Of a stretch of 64,000 nucleotides of DNA, positions 1 through 7,684 are shown piece by piece. The notes under the pieces are model-generated. The model was not told the origin of the DNA, ran no database searches, and saw only the letters and a list, made by a program, of their open reading frames with translations. The position numbers and the translations under genes were made by a program. Position 1 is the first letter of the stretch. Every line of letters starts with the position of its first letter. This DNA comes from Pseudonocardia sp. (GTDB taxonomy: Bacteria; Actinomycetota; Actinomycetes; Mycobacteriales; Pseudonocardiaceae). Where the stretch lies: NCBI RefSeq assembly GCF_036402515.1, contig NZ_DASWST010000247.1; one strand, written 5' to 3'.

Positions 1-2
1 GG

Positions 3-446
3 GCCGCCGACGCGGCGGGCTGCGGCGTGCTGGTGGGGTTGGGCGGGGACCTGAGGGTGGCCGGGGGTGCGCCGGTGGGCGGCTGGCGGGTGGCAATCGC
101 CGACGATCACCGGGTCGCGATGGATTCGCCCGCGCAGACCGTCGCGGTGACCGGCGGCGGCGTGGCCACCTCGAGCATCGCGGCGCGCACCTGGCTGCAG
201 GCCGGTCAGCGCCGACACCACATCGTCGACCCCCGCACCGGGGACAACCCCGCCCCGGTGTGGCGCACGGTCAGCGTGGCGGCCGGATCCTGCGTGGATG
301 CCAACACCGCGAGCACGGCGGCAATCGTGCTCGGCCACATAGCCCCCGACTGGCTGGCGCGCCGAGGGTTGCCGGCGCGACTGGTCAACCCCACCGGCCA
401 GGTTGCGCACACCGCCGGCTGGCCGATGACCGAGGAAGGAGCATGA
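3..446 (+). CDS. apbE: FAD:protein FMN transferase (ApbE family), 5'-truncated by window edge
   Basis: Motifs LGGDL, VATSS, HHIVDPRTG and SV.A.SC..AN..STA are typical of the ApbE C-terminal half; frame is open from the window start. Confidence 0.9.
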   Translation, partial: AADAAGCGVLVGLGGDLRVAGGAPVGGWRVAIADDHRVAMDSPAQTVAVTGGGVATSSIAARTWLQAGQRRHHIVDPRTGDNPAPVWRTVSVAAGSCVDANTASTAAIVLGHIAPDWLARRGLPARLVNPTGQVAHTAGWPMTEEGA

Positions 447-449
447 CGG

Positions 450-1019
450 GTGGACCTCGCGCTCTGGTTCGCCAGTAGGGCAACTGGCCTGGTCGCGCTG
501 CCCCTGCTGACCCTGAGTCTGGTGCTCGGGATCGTCGCCGCGGGCCGGATGGCGAGCGAACGCTGGCCACGGTTCGCGTTGGCCGCGCTGCACCGCAACA
601 TCTCACTGATGACCGTGCTGTTCCTGGCCGTACACGTGTCGACCTCGATCATCGACCCGTACGCGGGCATCGGCTGGCTGGACGCCGTGGTGCCGTTCAC
701 CTCGGTCTACCGCCCGCTCTGGCTGGGGCTGGGCGCGATCGCGCTGGACCTGCTGATCGCGCTGCTGGTCACCAGCCTGCTGCGCACCCGGATCAGCGTG
801 CGGCTGTGGCGCGCGGTGCACTGGGCGGGCTACGCCTGCTGGCCGATCGCGCTGGCGCACGGCCTCGGCATCGGCGGCAAGGACAGCGGGCTGGGCTGGG
901 TGATCAGCCTCAACGTCTGCTGCGTGCTGGTGGTGGGGGCCTCGCTGATCGTCCGGCTGCGCGGCGGCGGTCACCCGGACACCGCCGTCCGGCGCGCGGC
1001 CAGCCACGGGGGGCGGTGA
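450..1019 (+). CDS. Ferric reductase-like transmembrane (MsrQ-like) heme-b membrane protein
   Basis: About 5 hydrophobic helices; WFASRATG start; four His at heme-ligand-like positions (LHRN, AVHV, AVHW, LAHG); operonic with apbE. Confidence 0.85.
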   Translation: MDLALWFASRATGLVALPLLTLSLVLGIVAAGRMASERWPRFALAALHRNISLMTVLFLAVHVSTSIIDPYAGIGWLDAVVPFTSVYRPLWLGLGAIALDLLIALLVTSLLRTRISVRLWRAVHWAGYACWPIALAHGLGIGGKDSGLGWVISLNVCCVLVVGASLIVRLRGGGHPDTAVRRAASHGGR

Positions 1020-1021
1020 GC

Positions 1022-3121
1022 ATGGGCCGCCACGACGCACCCTCCTCGGTACCGGAAACACCCGTGGCACCCACGCACCAGGTTCCCTGGGCGCGCCCCG
1101 AACCGACCCGCGAACCACTCCCACCGGTCCCCGCTCCAGCCGTGGCGCGTCACCATGTTGCGGACGGACCGTCGGTACGCACCCGCCGGCCCGGCCCGGC
1201 CACCGGGGTGGGCGGCACGCTGAGCGTCGCCGGGGTGCTGGGCCTGGACACCGACCTGGGTGGGAGCAACCCGGGCAGCACCTTCGCCGACCTCGACGTC
1301 CCGGCCAGCTCGTACCCTCCGGCGCCGATAATCCCTGGTCAGCGTCAAGCCGTGCTGTCCTCCGGCCCGCTGCCCCCGGTCCGGACGGTTGCTCCGCCGG
1401 CGACGTCCCCGCCCGTGACGCTGGCGGCTGCCCCCTCCGTGCCAGCACCGCCACCAGCACCGCCACCAGCACCGGCTCCGCCACCGCCACCGGCGGCCGT
1501 GCCGTGGTCAACGGCGTCCTTCCCAGCGGCTCCCGCGACGCCGTGGTCGACCCTGCCGCCGACCGCCGTCCCACCGTTCAGCTCAGCGCCGACCGCCGTC
1601 CCGCCGTTCAGCTCAGCGCCGACCAACTCAGCGCCGACCAACTCAGCGCCGATCACCCGGTCGGCCCGGCCGAACCCCCCGGCGCCACCGCCCACGCCGA
1701 CCCAGCGCACCGGAACCCAGCGCCCCGGAACGCAACGCACCGGAACGCAGCGGGCGGCGCCCAACCCAGGCTCGGCGCCCCGGCGTCCGTCGCCGCGGCC
1801 CGCCCCCACGCCGCTGCCTCGGCTGCTGGCCGGCTGGTTGGACACCGGCGAGCCCGCCGACCTGGAACAGCACCTGCGTCGGTACGGCGAGCTGCCCCGG
1901 GCCCAGTTCGCCGGGCGGCGCGGCGCGAGTCAGCTGCTGGCGCTGATCGAGGACTCGGGATTGCGCGGTCGAGGCGGTGCCGGGTTCCCCACCGCGCGCA
2001 AGATGGCGGCGGTGCTCGACGCGGCGACCGCTCGGCGACGTCCGGTGGTGGTGGCCAACGGCTGCGAGGGCGACCCGACCAGCACCAAGGACCATCTGCT
2101 GCTGCACACCGCGCCGCACCTGGTGCTGGACGGACTGGCGCTGGCCGCGCACACCGTCGGGGCCGACCAGGCGATCGTCTGCCTACCCCGGGGCAGCGCG
2201 CTGGTCGAGCCGTTGGAGGACGCGGTGGCCCGGCGGCTCGACGACCCGGCCCAGGTGCACGTGGTGACCACGCCGCGCCGGTTCGTCGCCAGCCAGGCCT
2301 CCGCCCTGGTCAACTTCCTGACCACCGGCGATGCGCGGCCGACCAGCACTCCGCCGATGCCCGCCGAGCGGGGCGTCCAGGGCCGCCCGACGCTGGTCGA
2401 CAACGTGGAGACCCTGGCCCACCTGGGCCTGCTCGCCCGCCACGACGCGGACTGGTTCCGCGCCCGGGGCACGCCGGACTCGCCGGGAACGGTGCTGGTC
2501 ACCATGGGCGGGGCGATTCGGCGGCCCGGGGTCTACGAGGTAGACCTGGGCATCCGCTCCGGCCAGCTGCTCCAGCTGGCCGGCGGGCCGGTCGGTGCGT
2601 CCGGCGGGGCCGGGGGTTCGCCCCGGGCGATGCTGCTCGGCGGCCTGGGTGGGGTCTGGCTACCGGTCCCGGCGGCCGGCAACCTGGCGCTGGCCTACCC
2701 TCGGCCGAACTCCACCCAGGAAGGCCCGGCGCTGGGCCTGGCGTCGCTGCTCGTGCTGCCGGCCGAGGCCTGCGGGCTGGCGGTGACGTCGGCGATCGTC
2801 GGCTACCTGGCCGGTGAGTCGGCCGGTCAGTGCGGTCCCTGCATGTTCGGCCTGCCCGCAATCGCGGGCGACCTGGAGGCGTTGACCAGCGGGTCCGCTC
2901 GACCCGAGGTGCTGGAGCGGCTGCACCGTCGGCTCGGCGTGATCCCGGGTCGGGGCGCCTGTGCACACCCCGACGGGGCGTCCCGGCTGGCCGCGAGCGC
3001 GCTGGAGGTGTTCGCCGAGGACATCGCCGAGCACGCGCGGGGACGTCCCTGCGGGCGGACCGGAACCGGCGGGCTAGCCGTACTCGGGGAGCTGACCAGC
3101 GGGGAACGGGGATGGCGATGA
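1022..3121 (+). CDS. NuoF/HoxF-like NAD(P)H-FMN/Fe-S oxidoreductase with long Pro-rich N-terminal extension
   Basis: SGLRGRGGAGFPT, NGCEGDP, NVETLA, SLBB-like segment, ESAGQCGPC...GRGACAHPDG; ATG at 1022 lies 2 bp after the upstream stop. Confidence 0.85.
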   Translation: MGRHDAPSSVPETPVAPTHQVPWARPEPTREPLPPVPAPAVARHHVADGPSVRTRRPGPATGVGGTLSVAGVLGLDTDLGGSNPGSTFADLDVPASSYPPAPIIPGQRQAVLSSGPLPPVRTVAPPATSPPVTLAAAPSVPAPPPAPPPAPAPPPPPAAVPWSTASFPAAPATPWSTLPPTAVPPFSSAPTAVPPFSSAPTNSAPTNSAPITRSARPNPPAPPPTPTQRTGTQRPGTQRTGTQRAAPNPGSAPRRPSPRPAPTPLPRLLAGWLDTGEPADLEQHLRRYGELPRAQFAGRRGASQLLALIEDSGLRGRGGAGFPTARKMAAVLDAATARRRPVVVANGCEGDPTSTKDHLLLHTAPHLVLDGLALAAHTVGADQAIVCLPRGSALVEPLEDAVARRLDDPAQVHVVTTPRRFVASQASALVNFLTTGDARPTSTPPMPAERGVQGRPTLVDNVETLAHLGLLARHDADWFRARGTPDSPGTVLVTMGGAIRRPGVYEVDLGIRSGQLLQLAGGPVGASGGAGGSPRAMLLGGLGGVWLPVPAAGNLALAYPRPNSTQEGPALGLASLLVLPAEACGLAVTSAIVGYLAGESAGQCGPCMFGLPAIAGDLEALTSGSARPEVLERLHRRLGVIPGRGACAHPDGASRLAASALEVFAEDIAEHARGRPCGRTGTGGLAVLGELTSGERGWR

Positions 3122-3348
3122 GGCGCGGCGGCAATGCCCGCCTGCGGGTTGATCCGATCGACTGCCGGGCGCACGGGCTGTGCCAGGAGTTGCTGCCCGA
3201 GCTGGTCTCGTTGGACGAGTGGGGCTACCCGCTACTCGCGGACAGAGCGGTGCCGCCCGAACTGATGACGCACGCCCGGCGGGCCGCCGCGGCGTGCCCC
3301 ACCCTGGCGCTGCACCTGCTCCGAGAGGATGTGGACCCCGGAACCTGA
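3112..3348 (+). CDS. Ferredoxin (3Fe-4S type, Fer4_13/15-like)
   Basis: LRVDPIDCRAHGLC...DEWGYP...AAACPTLAL; overlaps the NuoF-like stop (alternative ATG at 3118 gives an ATGA overlap). Confidence 0.85.
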   Translation: MAMRRGGNARLRVDPIDCRAHGLCQELLPELVSLDEWGYPLLADRAVPPELMTHARRAAAACPTLALHLLREDVDPGT

Positions 3349-3457
3349 GCTGCTCGACTCGATGATCGTTAGCTCGATCGTGTGATCAGGTTAACGCGCT
3401 CCGCCCGCCCGACGATCGTCCAGACAACGGAACTGATCACGGCGAACGGAGCAACCG

Positions 3458-4171
3458 ATGCATTCCACGCCCACCCGGGTCGTGCTGGCCGGCTCGGTCT
3501 TGGTCATGGGGTCGGTGGGCACCGTGAGCGCGGTCCACCTGCAGTCCGCCCCCCTCCCGTTCGGCCCCGCCTCGGGCACGCCCCGGGCGCTGTCCCCCGC
3601 GACGCCCGCTCCCCAGACACCGCCGCTGGCTCCACCGGCGGCGGTCCCGGCGCCAACTCCCCTGGCGCCGGGCATTTCTTCCTCCGCCGAGCCGCACCGG
3701 TCCCCGGTCAGCGCGAAGGATCTGATCAACGTGGCCAAGGCGCCCAAGCGGGCCGTCACGGTGGCGGTGCACGACGCCGAGGACACTCTGCGGAACACCA
3801 TCGCCGCCGCACTGGATCACCCGCGGGCCGACTCCGACTCGGACTATCACGCCGATTCGGACGACGACGACTACCACGCCGATGACTACCACGCCGACGA
3901 CTACCCGACGGTCCGGCGCGTCGCGGTGCGCGGTGCACAGCGGGAGTTCGCCGACGCGGTGTCCGACCACGTCCAGCGGGAGTTCGCCGGCCGGGTGGGC
4001 GAACGGTACGGCCAGCGGGCAACCACCGCGGCGGCTGTGCGCGGGCGCGACTGGCGGGCCAACGCCGGATCCACGCGGCGCGTCAGCAATCCGTTCCATC
4101 AGGCCGGTGGATTCAGCCCGTGGGGCGCCCCGTCAGCCGGGGACTATGTCGGGCGGCACCGCGCGGGGTGA
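3458..4171 (+). CDS. Hypothetical secreted/membrane-anchored low-complexity protein
   Basis: RBS-like GGAG upstream; N-terminal hydrophobic segment, Pro-rich linker, DYHAD repeats, C-terminal YVGRHRAG. Confidence 0.6.
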   Translation: MHSTPTRVVLAGSVLVMGSVGTVSAVHLQSAPLPFGPASGTPRALSPATPAPQTPPLAPPAAVPAPTPLAPGISSSAEPHRSPVSAKDLINVAKAPKRAVTVAVHDAEDTLRNTIAAALDHPRADSDSDYHADSDDDDYHADDYHADDYPTVRRVAVRGAQREFADAVSDHVQREFAGRVGERYGQRATTAAAVRGRDWRANAGSTRRVSNPFHQAGGFSPWGAPSAGDYVGRHRAG

Positions 4172-4237
4172 GCCTCGGGTCGGGCAACCGAGCGACCGGG
4201 TGTCGGCTCACAGCGGATGAGCCTTGCCTCGCGCCGA

Positions 4238-4528
4238 TCAGGGGTGTGCCACGCTCATCGCGATGAAGACCACGAAGAACAGCACGGTGATGGACAGGTC
4301 CAGGTTGACCGCGCCGAGCCGGACCGGTGGGATGAGCCGGCGCAGCAGCCGGATCGGTGGGTCAGTGACCAGGAACGCGACCTCCAGCGTGCCGGCGGCG
4401 ATCGGGGAGTTGGGGCCACGCCACTGCCGGGCGAAGCTTTTCACCACCTCAACCACCAACCGCGCGACCAGCGCCAGCCAGAAGAAGAACAGCACGTAGT
4501 AGACGGCGAACTGAAGCCCGAGACCCAT
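4238..4528 (-). CDS. YggT family membrane protein
   Basis: TDPPIRLLRRLIPPVRLGAVNLDLS is the YggT signature; ATG 4528 preceded by CATGCT-N6 (leaderless-type -10). Confidence 0.85.
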   Translation of the reverse strand: MGLGLQFAVYYVLFFFWLALVARLVVEVVKSFARQWRGPNSPIAAGTLEVAFLVTDPPIRLLRRLIPPVRLGAVNLDLSITVLFFVVFIAMSVAHP

Positions 4529-4852
4529 GCCTCTAGCATGCACCGGCCGAGGCCGCGTTGGCTCGGGTGGCCCCCATCACGCCCGCGCCGGCCCGCGAAG
4601 GCGCGTGCTCCGTGCGCTCCGCCGAGCCGCCGCTTGCCGATCACCGGAGAACCCGCGGCCCGATCTTGAATCTCCGGCCCGCCGGCTCCCCGCGGCAGGC
4701 GATGAGCTGGACAAAGACCCACGTCTCAGCGACAGCCATGATCACTCGAAAGCTGTGCAGTCCCTGTTATAGCTACCTGTAGTTATAGACGTTCCGTCGA
4801 CAGGGAGAAAATAATCATTCATTAGAGTGACATCTTCGGTCATGATAAGAAC

Positions 4853-5362
4853 GTGGACCGAACAGCGGAGGCTGGTGTGACGGGAGTGCCGTCCAGCCCG
4901 CCCGCCGACCAGCTCGTCGCGCTCCGCGGTGAGCTGTGGCAGCGGCACGTGTTGCTGCAGGGCATGGATCCCGCGGACAGTCGATACGACGACGCCGGCG
5001 CTGAGCTTGTCGACCTCACCGCCGACCTGCTCCGGGTCGAGGCGGAGGTCGCCGAGGGAAGGCGCGCCGCGCGCCGCCGGGCCGGGAGGATCGGCTTCAC
5101 GGCCGCCGGCGTGCTGCTGGCCGCCGCGGTCGCGCTCGCCGTGTCCGCGCCGATGCTCGGGTTGCTGATCTCCCGCGCCGCCGCGGGCGCCGCGCTGCTG
5201 GTCATGGTCGTGGTGCTGGTGGTAACCGTCATGATTCGCCGCCGCAATGCGCTGGATCGCCCGTCCACTGCACGCACCCGCTCGGTGACCCCCTCCGGGT
5301 CGCCGGCGCCGGCCGAGCCGGACCGGGTTGAACTGGACCGGACTGGGTCGGACCGGGACTGA
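4853..5362 (+). CDS. Hypothetical membrane protein (2 TM)
   Basis: Helical N-terminus then two hydrophobic segments; 18 bp upstream of the next gene; start uncertain (GTG 4877 also possible). Confidence 0.6.
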   Translation: MDRTAEAGVTGVPSSPPADQLVALRGELWQRHVLLQGMDPADSRYDDAGAELVDLTADLLRVEAEVAEGRRAARRRAGRIGFTAAGVLLAAAVALAVSAPMLGLLISRAAAGAALLVMVVVLVVTVMIRRRNALDRPSTARTRSVTPSGSPAPAEPDRVELDRTGSDRD

Positions 5363-5380
5363 GAGAGGCGGGTCGCGGAG

Positions 5381-6337
5381 GTGGACGACACGGACGTGAA
5401 AGACGCTGAAGTGACTGACCGTGCGGTGCGGACGGCCACCACGCCGACCGAATCCGCGAGCGAGAACGGCACCGACCCGCACACCGCGCCGCAACCGACG
5501 GTCGGGCCGGCCGCCTACCTGCCCACCCCCCGAGACCCCAAGGACGTACCCCTCGCCGAGGGCGACGCTCGGCCGGAGAGCCGGATCGAGCAGCTGGAGC
5601 GGCGGCTGCGCCAGCTGGAGCTGCTCGTCTGGGGCACCGGCGGGGATGACGCCACCGAGCTGGACGTCACCGATCCGGAGCTGGTCTCGCTGGCCAAGGC
5701 GGCCGAGTACGCGCAGACCCTGAGCCGGATGCTGGTCACGCCCAGGGTGCGCGCCGCCTGCGAGGAGACCATTGAGGCCTGCCGGGACTGGCAGGAGCGC
5801 TACGACCAGGCCCGGGATACCGCCATCGCCGCATCCCGCACGATCGCCACCACCTGCGCCGACCAGGAGCGACACCGCGAGGCGGTGCAGGCGTTCGAGG
5901 TCGCCCGCACCGAGCTGGACGCCTTGCGCCCGCGCCGCCGGCGCGTGCTGAACACCGCCCAGCACGCCCGGCTGCAGCTGGCCCACGACCGCGAGATCCG
6001 GGACCGGTACGGCAGGGACATCGCCGACGGCCACCGCGCCTGGGCCACCCTGAACAGTCGGCTGCGGGTGCGCACCGCGGCGGCCGCGGAGCGGGGCGAG
6101 CCGCTGCCCACCTGGCTGGTGGAGTCGCTCGGCGTGCCGCCCAGCAGCAGCGCGGCCGAGTGGCGGGAACTCGCCATCCAGCTGATCGCGTACCGGATCA
6201 CCTACGCGGTCACCGACCCGATCGAGCCGCTGGCCGGTGAGCCGGGCACGCAGGACTCCCCCCGGCGCCGGCAGTGGCACCGGGATCTGCAGCGCCAGCT
6301 GGACGCCTGGCGGGGTGGCTTCGCCGCTCGGCGCTGA
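5381..6337 (+). CDS. Hypothetical coiled-coil protein with C-terminal PxW..LGxxP...W...AYR..Y..TD..PL domain
   Basis: GGAG upstream, GC3-rich codon pattern, long helical region; C-terminus resembles tails of actinobacterial MobF relaxases (recollection). Confidence 0.7.
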   Translation: MDDTDVKDAEVTDRAVRTATTPTESASENGTDPHTAPQPTVGPAAYLPTPRDPKDVPLAEGDARPESRIEQLERRLRQLELLVWGTGGDDATELDVTDPELVSLAKAAEYAQTLSRMLVTPRVRAACEETIEACRDWQERYDQARDTAIAASRTIATTCADQERHREAVQAFEVARTELDALRPRRRRVLNTAQHARLQLAHDREIRDRYGRDIADGHRAWATLNSRLRVRTAAAAERGEPLPTWLVESLGVPPSSSAAEWRELAIQLIAYRITYAVTDPIEPLAGEPGTQDSPRRRQWHRDLQRQLDAWRGGFAARR

Positions 6338-6501
6338 CCCCGCTCGGCGCTGAGCCCGTCCGCGCCCGGCCGGCGCTGAGCCCGGCCCCTGCCTACCCGG
6401 CGCTGAGCCCGGCCCTGCCTACCCGGTGTGCCCGGCCGGCGCTGAGCCCGGCCTCTGCCTACCCGGCGCTGAGCCCGCCCCTGCCTACCCGGTGTGCCCG
6501 G
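6326..6501. repeat. Composite tandem repeat made of the 3' ends of two convergent genes
   Basis: Six CGGCGCTGA copies; four 26-27 bp units CGGCGCTGAGCCCG(G)CC(C/T)CTGCCTACC; CTACCCGGTGTGCCCGG twice. Confidence 0.9.
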
Positions 6502-7609
6502 TGACCAGCGGCTCACCCACAAAACCGAAGCCCTGCAGCATGCCGAGCAGCTCCCGGTGGCCGAACGCGGCGGTGGCCGAGGCGAAACCGGCCTTGCGCG
6601 GGCCGGCCACCAGCAGCTGGCGCGCGGCGAACGCCTGGATCGCCCCGGTCTGCAGGTAGGTGGCGTTGCCGTGGATCACGCAGTGCACCAGCTTGTTCGG
6701 GCCCCGGCCGATCACCGAGTCCAGGGTGCGGTGCAGCCGGCGGTTCTCCCTCGGCGGCATGCCGCCCTGCACCCCGGAGGCCTGCTCGGCCAGCGCCTTC
6801 TTCTGCTCCTCCGGCGGCAGCGGCTTGATGTTCTCCTCGAAGTGCTGGGCCATCGCGGCCACGCCGTTCATCAGGCCCTGGTCGAAGACGCCGGACAGGG
6901 CACGCGCGTTGGCCACCCTGGGGTCGTCCTGCCACCAGATCGGGTGCGCGCTGCCGCCCCAGGGCAGCGCGGTGAAGATCTCGTGCTGGCCGGGCACCTG
7001 GACCTGGTAGGAGGCGGCGCCGGGCCACTGCACCAGCTTGTCCTGTTCCAGGTAGAAGTGGTCGGCGGCCAGGATGGTGAAGATGCTCTGGGTGGAGGCG
7101 AAGGTCGGGGTGCCGGAGAACAGGCAGAGGATCTCCAGGCTGTCGATGCCCCCGGCTTCCAGCACCACGTTCGCCGCGATGTCGCTCACCGAGTGCATGT
7201 AGGCGGTGGACGGCGCCAGCAGCAGGCCCTCGTCGGCGAACTTCTGGCCGTAGCTGTCCCGGGCGTGCAGCACCCAGTTCTGCTCGCCAGTGGTGTCCAG
7301 GTAGTGGCATCCGGCGGCCAGCGCGGCCTGCACCACCACGTCGCCGTAACTGGCGAACGGGCCGACGGTGTTGCAGATGACCTTTGCGCCGGTGAACAGG
7401 TCGGTCAGCGCCTCCACGGTGTGCTCGACCTCGACCACCTCGTACTCGACGGTGTCGATGCCGGGCACGCCCTCGATGGCTTCGGCGACCCGCTTGGCGT
7501 CCCGGCCGGCCGCGACGAACGGCAGGTTGAACTCACGGAGGTACTCCGCGATCAGCCGCCCGGTGTATCCGCTCGCCCCGTAGACGACCACGGGCTTGTC
7601 AGTACTCAT
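6485..7609 (-). CDS. Saccharopine dehydrogenase-like NAD(P)-binding protein (DUF5938-type)
   Basis: VVVYGASGYTGRL Rossmann motif, NTVGPF, HYLDTTGEQ. Confidence 0.85.
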   Translation of the reverse strand: MSTDKPVVVYGASGYTGRLIAEYLREFNLPFVAAGRDAKRVAEAIEGVPGIDTVEYEVVEVEHTVEALTDLFTGAKVICNTVGPFASYGDVVVQAALAAGCHYLDTTGEQNWVLHARDSYGQKFADEGLLLAPSTAYMHSVSDIAANVVLEAGGIDSLEILCLFSGTPTFASTQSIFTILAADHFYLEQDKLVQWPGAASYQVQVPGQHEIFTALPWGGSAHPIWWQDDPRVANARALSGVFDQGLMNGVAAMAQHFEENIKPLPPEEQKKALAEQASGVQGGMPPRENRRLHRTLDSVIGRGPNKLVHCVIHGNATYLQTGAIQAFAARQLLVAGPRKAGFASATAAFGHRELLGMLQGFGFVGEPLVTGHTG

Positions 7610-7632
7610 CCCACGTTCTCCCTGCTCAGAGG

Positions 7633-7676
7633 CCGTGAGTGGTACTGGTCGCTATAGCGACCAATACCACTCACGG
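7633..7676. repeat. 44-bp REP-like palindrome, copy 1
   Basis: CCGTGAGTGG-TACTGGTC-GCTATAGC-GACCAATA-CCACTCACGG; one mismatch. Confidence 0.9.
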
Positions 7677-7684
7677 GTTTTGGT

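Noticed and set aside
1022-3121. Call as respiratory complex I nuoF
   Set aside because: No other nuo genes; altered Fe-S and FMN motifs; ApbE/MsrQ context indicates a separate family
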